Shown: positions 27,036 to 35,897 of the stretch, in pieces | Numbering within the stretch: position 1 is the first letter of the stretch | How the letters are laid out: each line of letters begins with the position of its first letter | DNA from: Pseudomonadota bacterium | GTDB lineage: Bacteria; Pseudomonadota; Alphaproteobacteria; Rhizobiales; Beijerinckiaceae | Reading direction: 5' to 3' | DNA: 64,000 nucleotides | NCBI GenBank assembly: GCA_023450615.1 | Contig: JAEXGT010000018.1 | Coordinates: 8,808 to 72,807 of the forward strand | Program-made: the position numbers and the translations under genes | Notes under the pieces: model-generated | Databases searched by the model: none | Told to the model about the DNA's origin: nothing | Seen by the model: only the letters and a program-made list of their open reading frames with translations

Positions 27036-28816
27036 ACGGTAAGGGAACCGCAAGCATGACAGCCATAACCGCTCCCGCCGTCCCGCTCCGACAGCGAATT
27101 CTCCGCCCGAATGCACTCTGGCTCGCCGCTCCGGGCCTCGCATTCCTGGCCATCTTCTTTCTCTATCCGGTCCTGCGTCTTCTGGCTCTGAGCGTGCAGG
27201 ATCCGGCCAGCGGCGACCTCAGCATCGCCACCTATGCCCGTATCGCCAACACTGACGTGTATCTCCAGGTCCTGGGCATCACGTTCAAGATCGCGGCCAA
27301 TACAGCGCTCTTCTCGATCCTGCTCGGCTATCCGCTTGCCTATTGGCTGGCCGGACTGAGGGAGGGATTGCGGGAACGCATGGTGCTTCTCGTGATGGTG
27401 CCGTTCTGGACCAGCTATCTCGTGAAGACCTTCGCCTGGATGGTCGTTCTCGGCCGTACCGGCGTGATCAACAGCATGCTGACCGGAAGCGGCATCACCT
27501 CCCAGCCTCTGCCCCTCGCCTACAACGAATTCGGCGTGATGGTAGGCATGATTCATGCCATGGTTCCGCTCGCGGTGCTCACGATGTTGCCCGTCATGAT
27601 CGGCATCGACCGGCGCCTGATCCAGGCGGCGCAGGCGTTGGGCGCAGCACCTGCTCAATCCTTCTGGCTCGTCTACTTCAAGCTCTCCCTGCCGGGCGTC
27701 ACGGCCGGCGGTCTGCTTGTCTTCATCTCGTCTCTCGGCTTCTTCATCGTGCCCGCTCTCCTGGGCGGACGACGCGAGACGATGCTGGCGCAGCTGATCA
27801 TTACGCAGGTGCAGGAGCTGCTCAACTGGGCCTTCGCCGGTGCGCTCGCGGCCATGATGCTGGTAGCGGCGCTCGTCACGGTCTGGATCTACGACCGTCT
27901 CTTCGGCCTGTCGTCTCTATCCGGCGATACCTCGGCACAGGATGCAGGCCCGGGACGTCTGCGCCTGCTCGGAATCGCGATCCTGCAAGTCATCGGCAAA
28001 GCGAGCGCCATGCTGGCCGATGCCGTCCGCCGGATCATCGGAACACGCGGGACGACCAAGCTCCTGCCGATCTACTGCGCGATCGCCCTCGCCTTCCTGG
28101 TGCTGCCGACGCTGCTGGTGATCCCCATCGGCTTCACGAGCTCGCAGTTCCTGGAATTCCCGCCTCCGGGATACAGCCTGCAATGGTTCGAGACCTATTT
28201 CTCCTCGCCCGTGTGGCTCTCCGCTACCTTGCGCTCCTTCGGCGTGGCCGCGGCAACCGCAATTTGCGCGACCCTCATCGGCGGCTTGGCGGCCCTGGCG
28301 CTGGCGCGTTCCAACACTCGCTGGGGCGGGCTCGTCTTCGCGACGTTCCTCGCACCGTTGATCGTCCCGCGCATCATCATCGCGGTCGGCCTGTTCTATC
28401 TCTTCGCACAGATCGGACTCGTCGCGACGGATCTCGGTCTGGTCATCGGTCACACTGTCCTGGCCCTTCCCTTCGCCTTCGTGACCATCACGGCGATCCT
28501 GAAGAACTACGACTGGCGTCTTGATCAGGCAGCAGCGGTGCTTGGGGCCAACCGGTTCAAGACCCTGCTCCTCGTCACGGTTCCTCTCGTCAAGGGCGGG
28601 TTGGTCGCGGCCTTCCTGTTCGCCTTCATCACCTCCTTCGACGAGCTCACGATTGCGATCTTCGTCAGCGGCGGGATCAAGACGACGCTGCCCAAGCAGA
28701 TGTGGGACGACATGATCCTGCAGCTCAACCCAACCCTCGCTGCCGTGTCCGTCGTGGTCTTCGTGATCGTGACCGTCCTCCTCCTTCTCGCGGAACGTTT
28801 CCGCCGCACAACCTAA
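27032..28816 (+). CDS. Fused ABC permease (PotB-like and PotC-like halves in one 594-aa polypeptide)
   Basis: Two successive about-6-TM permease halves, each with its own EAA-like loop (IDRRLIQAAQALGAAPAQSFWLVYFKLSLP and DWRLDQAAAVLGANRFKTLLLVTVPL). ATGA overlap with the ATPase gene. Confidence 0.85.
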   Translation: MNGKGTASMTAITAPAVPLRQRILRPNALWLAAPGLAFLAIFFLYPVLRLLALSVQDPASGDLSIATYARIANTDVYLQVLGITFKIAANTALFSILLGYPLAYWLAGLREGLRERMVLLVMVPFWTSYLVKTFAWMVVLGRTGVINSMLTGSGITSQPLPLAYNEFGVMVGMIHAMVPLAVLTMLPVMIGIDRRLIQAAQALGAAPAQSFWLVYFKLSLPGVTAGGLLVFISSLGFFIVPALLGGRRETMLAQLIITQVQELLNWAFAGALAAMMLVAALVTVWIYDRLFGLSSLSGDTSAQDAGPGRLRLLGIAILQVIGKASAMLADAVRRIIGTRGTTKLLPIYCAIALAFLVLPTLLVIPIGFTSSQFLEFPPPGYSLQWFETYFSSPVWLSATLRSFGVAAATAICATLIGGLAALALARSNTRWGGLVFATFLAPLIVPRIIIAVGLFYLFAQIGLVATDLGLVIGHTVLALPFAFVTITAILKNYDWRLDQAAAVLGANRFKTLLLVTVPLVKGGLVAAFLFAFITSFDELTIAIFVSGGIKTTLPKQMWDDMILQLNPTLAAVSVVVFVIVTVLLLLAERFRRTT

Positions 28817-28838
28817 AAATAAAAGCCGAGAACACTCG

Positions 28839-30374
28839 ATGTCAGTCGATAATATCAGTCTCGCCAGTCTGCTGCGTCAGCATGCCGAGACGAACCCGGA
28901 TGGGATCTTCGCCCGGTTCAACGGCGAGCCCATCACCTTCGCCACGCTGGATTCCCAGTCCTCCGCTCTGGCGGCATGGGCACGCTCCCGAGGACTACAA
29001 TCGGGCGAGCATGTTGCCGTCATGATGCGCAACAGCGTGCAGACGCTTGCTGTGGTCTTCGGTCTTGCCAAGGCCGGCCTGGTCTGGGTGCCCCTCAACG
29101 CCCAGCAGCGCGGCCAGGGCCTGCAATACATCATCAACCACTCTAAGCCGGCCCTCGTGATCGCCGATGCGGACCTTCTGGAAACGATTGCCGAATGCGA
29201 GGCGAACCAGCCCCGCGAAGGCTTCCTCGTTCATGGAGATGTTGAGGGCCATCCCCATCTGACCGATGTCCTGAGTGCTGGCACTCCATTCACCGAACCG
29301 GCGCCGGGCCTGGATGCGCCTTTCGCCATCATGTACACCTCCGGCACGACCGGACAGCCCAAAGGCGTGATCGTCTCCAACCGGATGATCCGTCTGGCGG
29401 GAGAAGGCGTCAGCCTCGTCGCCGCATCTCGCTCGGGCGACGTCATGTTCGTGTGGGAGCCTCTCTACCATATCGGCGGCGCCCAGCTTCTGGGCTTGCC
29501 CATGACCCACGGCGTGGTCCTGGCCATGGTCGATCGCTTCAGCGCGAGCCGCTTCTGGGGTCAGGTGCGCGAATACGGCGCGACGCATATCCATTATCTC
29601 GGCGGCATCCTGCAAATTCTCCTCAAGCAGCCGGAATCCCCGCTGGATCGCGACCATGCGGTGCGGATCGCCTGGGGCGGAGGCTGCCCGGGCGATATCT
29701 GGGAGGCGTTCCAGAACCGCTTCGGCGTTCAGATCCGTGAATGCTACGGCATGACGGAGGCCTCCAGCATCACGACCTTCAATGGCAAGGGCATCGTGGG
29801 CTCGGTCGGAAACCCCGTTCCGTGGTTCACGGTGGAACTGCTCGACCCCGAGGGCAAGCCCATGCCTCAGGGCGAGCGCGGCGAGATCGTGGTGCGCACC
29901 TCGCTTCCGGGTGCGATCTTCCCGGGCTATTTCGACAATCCGGCTGCGACCGAGAAAGCCCTTCGCAACGGTGCTTTGTACACGGGCGATCTCGGCACTT
30001 ACGACCCGAATGGCAACCTGACCTTCCACGGCCGCATGACCGATAGCGTCCGCTGCCGGGGTGAGAATGTCTCTGCCTGGGAGGTCGAGCGCGTCGCCTC
30101 AGACCACCCGTCCGTCGAAGATTGTGCAATGATCGGCGTCGCGGCGGATATCGGCGAGCAGGACATCAAGCTCTTCGTCAAACTGAAGGCAGGCACCAGC
30201 CTTCAGCCATCGGAACTCTCCGGGTGGCTGTCGACCCGCCTCGCGAGCTACCAGAACCCTCGTTACATCGCCGTCATCGACGATTTCGAGCGCACGCCGA
30301 GCCAACGCATCATGAAGCACAAACTCTCCAAGCGTCTCGACGATTGCTGGGACAGACTCGCGAAAGGAATCTGA
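28839..30374 (+). CDS. AMP-dependent synthetase/ligase (acyl-CoA synthetase family)
   Basis: AMP-binding signature IMYTSGTTGQPKGV, plus YGMTE and TGDLG...GRMTDSVRCRGENVS motifs. Confidence 0.85.
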   Translation: MSVDNISLASLLRQHAETNPDGIFARFNGEPITFATLDSQSSALAAWARSRGLQSGEHVAVMMRNSVQTLAVVFGLAKAGLVWVPLNAQQRGQGLQYIINHSKPALVIADADLLETIAECEANQPREGFLVHGDVEGHPHLTDVLSAGTPFTEPAPGLDAPFAIMYTSGTTGQPKGVIVSNRMIRLAGEGVSLVAASRSGDVMFVWEPLYHIGGAQLLGLPMTHGVVLAMVDRFSASRFWGQVREYGATHIHYLGGILQILLKQPESPLDRDHAVRIAWGGGCPGDIWEAFQNRFGVQIRECYGMTEASSITTFNGKGIVGSVGNPVPWFTVELLDPEGKPMPQGERGEIVVRTSLPGAIFPGYFDNPAATEKALRNGALYTGDLGTYDPNGNLTFHGRMTDSVRCRGENVSAWEVERVASDHPSVEDCAMIGVAADIGEQDIKLFVKLKAGTSLQPSELSGWLSTRLASYQNPRYIAVIDDFERTPSQRIMKHKLSKRLDDCWDRLAKGI

Positions 30375-30375
30375 G

Positions 30376-31461
30376 ATGACCACCGAACCGACCATTCTTC
30401 TGACCGGAACGGGCGCTTTCGCCGCCCGCATCCTGTTCGACATCGCAGCCACGGCAAAAGCCCCCACCCGTGTGGTCCTCGCAGGCCGCAACCGCGAGCG
30501 CCTGCAATGGCTGAAGGTGGCAGCGGGCGCGCGAGCCGCAATCTTCAACACCCCCGTGACCGTCGTTGCGCGTGAGGCGGATCTTCTCGCCGAGGGCGCT
30601 CCCACCGAACTGCTCGAAGCGACGAAGCCGAATGTGGTTGTGCAGGCCGCTTCCGTGCAGACCTCGTCCGTGATTGCCGGACCGGGCGACGCCTGGAGCA
30701 AGCTCGTTCAGGAAGGCGGGTTGAGCGCGACCGCGGTCTTCCAGACGCTTCTCAGCTCCCGCGTCGCAGCCGCCATGACGCGCCTCGGAAGCACCGCCCC
30801 TCTGATCAATTGCAGCTTCCCGGATGTGGTGAATGGATTGATTAAGGCGCTCGGGCATGAGGTGATGTGCGGCATGGGCAACGTGGCGATCCTGTCCAAT
30901 GTCTTCGCCGCCGACCACAACCTGATGGACAGGAACCGCATCAAGGTTCTGGCTCATTATCAGCATCTCGGCGCCTGGCGCCGCCCGGCTGAAGCGCGCT
31001 CCGGATCGGCGCCGAGGGTGTGGATCGACGATGAAGAGATCGCCGACGTGTACGGCGCGTTCCGCGATGTGAAGCTCACGCCGGAACCGGTCATCGACAT
31101 CTCCGGAGCCAGCGGCGTACCGATGATCCTCGCCCTGGCAGAGGGGCGCACATGGACCGGCCATGTTCCGGGTCCTTACGGCCTGCCGGGCGGCTATCCC
31201 GTGCAGCTTGCCGATGGCGCTCTGTCGCTGAACCTGCCGCCGTCAGTCTCTCAGGAAGAAGCCGTGGCCTGGAATGCACGCTTCGAGGAAGAGAACGGCC
31301 TCGTTATCGGCGAGGATCGGCGGGCACATTACACGGGCGTTCTGCGCGAGCGCTTGGCCCAGCACTCTCCCGCTCTCGCCGAAGGCTTCGACGTGGCGGA
31401 CATCGAAGACGTCCACCGCTCGATGCAGGAGCTTCGCACGAAGTTGCAGCAGCAAGGCTGA
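30376..31461 (+). CDS. Hypothetical protein with an N-terminal Rossmann-like motif (possibly saccharopine-dehydrogenase-like)
   Basis: ILLTGTGAFAARIL glycine-rich N-terminus. The gene starts 2 nt after the ligase stop. I cannot make a firmer family assignment by eye. Confidence 0.45.
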   Translation: MTTEPTILLTGTGAFAARILFDIAATAKAPTRVVLAGRNRERLQWLKVAAGARAAIFNTPVTVVAREADLLAEGAPTELLEATKPNVVVQAASVQTSSVIAGPGDAWSKLVQEGGLSATAVFQTLLSSRVAAAMTRLGSTAPLINCSFPDVVNGLIKALGHEVMCGMGNVAILSNVFAADHNLMDRNRIKVLAHYQHLGAWRRPAEARSGSAPRVWIDDEEIADVYGAFRDVKLTPEPVIDISGASGVPMILALAEGRTWTGHVPGPYGLPGGYPVQLADGALSLNLPPSVSQEEAVAWNARFEEENGLVIGEDRRAHYTGVLRERLAQHSPALAEGFDVADIEDVHRSMQELRTKLQQQG

Positions 31462-31541
31462 ACTCAACATTTCGGCTGCGCGCGTACAGCACCGCGCGCA
31501 GCTTTGAATTTCGGCGCGTCACTTCTTACGGCACTGGCATC

Positions 31542-32972
31542 ATGAAAACCTCCCTGCCCTCCATCGCCCCTTCCGACCGCTCCTGGTGGCTTGAGGAGGC
31601 ATTGAGGAATGAGGGCAATGTGCCTTCCGCCGCGCCGCTCGAAGGTGAATTTACGGTCGATATCGCCATTGTCGGCGGCGGCTTTGCGGGGCTCTGGACG
31701 GCGCTCACTCTCAAGAAGCGCCGCCCTGATCTTTCCATCGCCCTGATAGAGGCATCGATCTGCGGCTCCGGCGCAAGCGGCAAGAACGGCGGAAAGGCCC
31801 ATGGCTACTGGGCCTCCCTCGGCAACACTGTTCAAGCTCTCGGCCGGGACGGCGCGCTTGCCATCGCCAAGGCCGGCGACTGGGCCCAGGACGGCATCAG
31901 GAACTTCGCCTCCGAGTGCGGCCGCGACATCTGGTGGAGAGACGGGGGAAACCTCATCGTTGCCACCACGGCTCAACAGGACGAGAAGATCGCAGACATC
32001 GCGCAGCGAGCCCGTGAACTGGGCGCGGAAGATCATGTCACGGTCTTGTCCGAGAAAGAGGTTCAGGCGCGCTGTGCGTCGCCGGTGTTCCGGCGGGGTG
32101 TTTTCTATCCCGATGCAGCAACCGTGCATCCCGCGCGCCTGGCCCGCGCTCTTCGGCAGGCCGTGATCGACCGGGGCGTCGCGCTTTTCGAAAACACGCC
32201 CATGTTGAGCGTCGATCCAGGCCAATCATGTCGCATCAAGACGCCTCGCGGCCAGATCATCGCCCGCGAGGTCGTGCTTGCGACCAATGCGGCACTCAGC
32301 GAGCGGCGGGAGATCAGACCGCATGTCAGCATCTTTTCCAGCTATGCGGTCATGAGCGAGCCTGCTCCGGCTCAACTGGCCTCCATGAAGTGGACGGGCG
32401 ATGAAGGCCTCGCCGATCTGCGCATGTTCCTGCATTATTTCCGTAAAACGGACGACAATCGCGTTCTGATGGGCTCGGGGTCCGGCCCGGTCGGCTACGG
32501 CGCTGGCGCGCAGGCGCGGCATCTGACACATGACAAGGCGAGCATCGGACGGGCGGAAGCAGGTCTTCGCCGGCTGCTTCCCGCATTGCGTGATGTCCCG
32601 CTCGCCGGTGCCTGGGGCGGCGCGATTGATGTTTCCGCCGACCGGCTGCCTTTCTTCAAGACGATCTCCGGCACACGCATCCATTACGCCTGCGGCTTCT
32701 CAGGCCACGGCGTGAACGCCACCTATATCGCGGGCCAATGCCTCGCTTCGCTGGTCCTCGACGAAAAGGATCGCTGGTCGACCCTGCCGTTCTGCACACG
32801 ATCCTTGCCGCGCTTGCCGCCGGAGCCCTTCCGCTTTACCGGCGCAAATGCCATCCGCTCCGCCATTCTGGCCTGTGAAGAGGCCGACGAGCAAAATCGT
32901 CAGGCCCCTGCTCTCGCGAGTGCCGTTGCGCAACTCCCGAAACTCTTCGGGCTCAGGATCGGTGTTCGATAG
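31542..32972 (+). CDS. FAD-dependent oxidoreductase (PuuB / DAO-family-like)
   Basis: VDIAIVGGGFAGLWTALTL FAD motif. The ATG at 31542 is in frame with the 31152 ORF, whose upstream part is Arg/Ala-rich junk overlapping the previous gene. Confidence 0.8.
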   Translation: MKTSLPSIAPSDRSWWLEEALRNEGNVPSAAPLEGEFTVDIAIVGGGFAGLWTALTLKKRRPDLSIALIEASICGSGASGKNGGKAHGYWASLGNTVQALGRDGALAIAKAGDWAQDGIRNFASECGRDIWWRDGGNLIVATTAQQDEKIADIAQRARELGAEDHVTVLSEKEVQARCASPVFRRGVFYPDAATVHPARLARALRQAVIDRGVALFENTPMLSVDPGQSCRIKTPRGQIIAREVVLATNAALSERREIRPHVSIFSSYAVMSEPAPAQLASMKWTGDEGLADLRMFLHYFRKTDDNRVLMGSGSGPVGYGAGAQARHLTHDKASIGRAEAGLRRLLPALRDVPLAGAWGGAIDVSADRLPFFKTISGTRIHYACGFSGHGVNATYIAGQCLASLVLDEKDRWSTLPFCTRSLPRLPPEPFRFTGANAIRSAILACEEADEQNRQAPALASAVAQLPKLFGLRIGVR

Positions 32973-32974
32973 CT

Positions 32975-33046
32975 CTGCTTTAAGCTTTTGTTTTGGCGCA
33001 TCTTGTCACGCAAAACCGGTGCCCACTTTTGCGTTCGATGCTCTAG
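32975..33046. repeat. 72-bp intergenic repeat, copy A
   Basis: 69/72 identical to 48314-48385. It fills the gap between the convergent stops at 32970-32972 and 33043-33045. Internal stem ACGCAAAA / TTTTGCGT. Confidence 0.85.
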
Positions 33047-35853
33047 TCGCCTTCGATGATCTCACGGATTCGTACGGCCAGGTCCTCTATGCCGAACGGC
33101 TTCGTGATCATCTCCATGCCCGGATCGAGGAAGCCGGAGGCCATGGCGGCCTGTTCGGCATAACCGGTGATGAAGAGGACCTTGAGATTGGGCCTGATCA
33201 CGCGTGCATAATCTGCAAGCTGCCGGCCATTCAGCCCCGGAAGACCGACATCAGTCACGAGCAGGTCCACCCGCTGCTTCGATTCCAGGATTTTGAGACC
33301 TGATGGGCCATCCACCGCTTCGATGGCTTGATAGCCAAGGTCGGCCAGGACTTCCATGATCAGGGAGCGGACGACGCGCTCGTCCTCCACGACCAGAACT
33401 GTTTCACCAGCCTCCGCCCGATGCATCTCGCCGAGGCCTGTCACGGCGACAGGTTCCGAAGCCTCGCCCTCATGAGCCGGCAGGTAGAGCTTGACGGCTG
33501 TTCCCCTGCCGACCTCGCTGTGAATGCGAACATGCCCCTCCGATTGCTTGGTGAAGCCATACACCATGGAGAGGCCAAGGCCCGTTCCTACGCCGATCGG
33601 CTTGGTCGTGAAGAAGGGGTCGAAGACCTGCGAAAGAACATCGGCAGGCATCCCGGTTCCGGTATCGGAGACGCTGATCGTAACGTAGCGGCCAGGCGCG
33701 ATAGCCTGCTGAGCCGCCGCATAGAGATCGTCCAGGTGAGAAATGCCTGTTTCAACGATGAGCGCGCCGCCATCGGGCATGGCATCTCGCGCATTGATCG
33801 CGAGATTGAGGATGGCGCTTTCCAGCTGATTGGGATCGCACAGGGTCAGCGGCAGTTCTTCAGAAATCGCGAACCCGAGCTCAATGGATTCTGAAATGGT
33901 CCGCCGGAGAAGCTCCTCCATGGACATGACGAGCCGATTGACGTTGACGGGCTTCGGATCGAGAGGCTGGCGCCGCGCAAACGCCAGAAGGCGATGTGTC
34001 AAGGCCGCAGCGCGATTGGCCGAGGACGTGGCAGCCGAAATGTACCGGTCGAGATTATCGAGGCGGCCTTGCGCCATGCGGGTCTTCAGAAGATCGAGCG
34101 AGCCGACGATTCCCGTCAGAAGATTATTGAAGTCGTGCGCAATGCCTCCCGTCAGCTGGCCGACGGCTTCCATCTTTTGGGCCTGCCGCAGCGCCTCTTC
34201 GGTCCGCTTCAGTTCCGTGATGTCGTGTCCTTCCGCCACCAGGAAGATAGGCGTGCCCGTCTCATCCAGAACGGGTTTCATCGAAAAGTCGAAAATGCGG
34301 TTGCCGCCCGGCAGCAGGAGTTCCGACTCGTAGCGCACGAACTCTCCGGCGGCGACGCGCGCGACACTTTCGCGCGCCCGCTGGGCCTCGTCGGGAGAAT
34401 TCACCCACCAGGGAGCATCCCAAATCTTCAACCCCGCAACCTGTCTCTGCGCAGTTCCTGCGGCCTGCAAGGCCGCATTGTTGACGATCACCACGGTGCC
34501 ATCCAGCGCGCTAAGCGCCATCAGCTGGAAAGTGGTGTTGAAGATCGCCCGGAACCGGCGTTCGCTCTCGGCGAGTTCGGCCGTGCGCTCAGCAACACGG
34601 CTTTCGAGCCTTTCGTTGAGCTCCCGCAATCGCTCTTCCGACTGCTTTACCGCCGTAATGTCATAGATGACGCCGATAAATCGCAGGCCCGCTGTTTCGG
34701 TATCACGAACATACTCGCCCCGGCGAGCCAGCCAGCGAAGTTTCTTGTTGTCCGCCCGCTGAATCCGGCATTCGGCGTATGACGCACTTTCAGAAGCTGA
34801 ACCCTGCTCGACGAGAACGGGATCTCCCGGCATGACGAGATTGTTGATCGTGCGGATGGGCAAGACATTGGTCGGGTGAAGCCCAACCAGCCTGCAAAAT
34901 TCCTCCGAGACGCTGACGGTCGCAAAGCCGTCCACATATTCGAACGTTCCGATGCCACCGGCGCTCTGCGCAATCCGCAGCCGCTCCTCGATATGCTTCT
35001 GCTCAGTTACATCGAGGACGACGCCCGTGAAACGGACGGGATGATCCCCATCGCCAAAATGGCTGCGCCCTCGCGCATGGACCCAGCGCACCGAGCCGTC
35101 AGCGGAAAGAAGCCGGTATTCCTTGGAAAAGATTTCCGCTCCGTTGAGGATGCCTGCGACGGCCAAGCGGATTCTCAAGCGGTCTTCGGGATGGATGGCT
35201 TTGAAGAAATCGTCGGCGGGCAGACCTTTCCCGGCGCGGACCGGATCAAGGCCGTGGAGCGCTGCGAACCGCGCATCGGCGGTGAAGCATCCGCGAGGAA
35301 TGTCCCAATCCCAGGATCCGCCCGTTCCGGCAACGGTCAGCGTCTGGCGGAGCCGCTCATTGGTCCGATCGAGCTCCTGCTGGTTCGTCTGCAGAGCGGC
35401 GCGCATCTCCTCGGCCTGATGCGATTGCGTAACATCGACCTGGGTTGAGAGAAGGAAAAGCGGCTCGCCGTTCTCATCGTTGACGGGAGTCACGAAGAGA
35501 TGGTTCCAGAAGCGACTTCCGTCCTTGCGCTGGTTCAGAATTTCAATCGAGACGGCGTTGCCCTCCCGAATTGACTCGTGCAACCGCCGAACGGCTTCCT
35601 GATCGGTTTCCGGCGCCTGGAGGAAATCGCAATTACGCCCGACAGCCTCCTCGACCGAGTATCCCGTCATCCGGCAGAACGCCTCGTTCACGAAGACGAT
35701 CGGGTTATCGGGCAGCCGCGGATTTGTTGCCAGCATCGATAGGCCTGAGCGCTCCAGGGCCGAAAAGATCGGCCCTGCGATGCGGCGCAACTCTTCAAGC
35801 GCGCCCCCAATACTCTTATCAAGCGTATCATATGGGAGCTTTCGGGCCGTCAT
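33043..35853 (-). CDS. Hybrid sensor histidine kinase: LOV-type PAS, 3 PAS/PAC, HisKA, HATPase_c, REC
   Basis: LOV block DNPIVFVNEAFCRMTGYSVEEAVGRNCDFLQ...NQRKDGSRFWN...QVDVT. H-box GGIAHDFNNLLTGI. G-boxes DTGTGM and GLGLSMV. The C-terminal receiver has VLVVEDE...DLLVTDVGLPG...ITKP. Confidence 0.9.
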   Translation of the reverse strand: MTARKLPYDTLDKSIGGALEELRRIAGPIFSALERSGLSMLATNPRLPDNPIVFVNEAFCRMTGYSVEEAVGRNCDFLQAPETDQEAVRRLHESIREGNAVSIEILNQRKDGSRFWNHLFVTPVNDENGEPLFLLSTQVDVTQSHQAEEMRAALQTNQQELDRTNERLRQTLTVAGTGGSWDWDIPRGCFTADARFAALHGLDPVRAGKGLPADDFFKAIHPEDRLRIRLAVAGILNGAEIFSKEYRLLSADGSVRWVHARGRSHFGDGDHPVRFTGVVLDVTEQKHIEERLRIAQSAGGIGTFEYVDGFATVSVSEEFCRLVGLHPTNVLPIRTINNLVMPGDPVLVEQGSASESASYAECRIQRADNKKLRWLARRGEYVRDTETAGLRFIGVIYDITAVKQSEERLRELNERLESRVAERTAELAESERRFRAIFNTTFQLMALSALDGTVVIVNNAALQAAGTAQRQVAGLKIWDAPWWVNSPDEAQRARESVARVAAGEFVRYESELLLPGGNRIFDFSMKPVLDETGTPIFLVAEGHDITELKRTEEALRQAQKMEAVGQLTGGIAHDFNNLLTGIVGSLDLLKTRMAQGRLDNLDRYISAATSSANRAAALTHRLLAFARRQPLDPKPVNVNRLVMSMEELLRRTISESIELGFAISEELPLTLCDPNQLESAILNLAINARDAMPDGGALIVETGISHLDDLYAAAQQAIAPGRYVTISVSDTGTGMPADVLSQVFDPFFTTKPIGVGTGLGLSMVYGFTKQSEGHVRIHSEVGRGTAVKLYLPAHEGEASEPVAVTGLGEMHRAEAGETVLVVEDERVVRSLIMEVLADLGYQAIEAVDGPSGLKILESKQRVDLLVTDVGLPGLNGRQLADYARVIRPNLKVLFITGYAEQAAMASGFLDPGMEMITKPFGIEDLAVRIREIIEGD

Positions 35854-35897
35854 GCCGATAATGACTTCGTTGAGGCGATGCGGACAAGTGGCATAGC

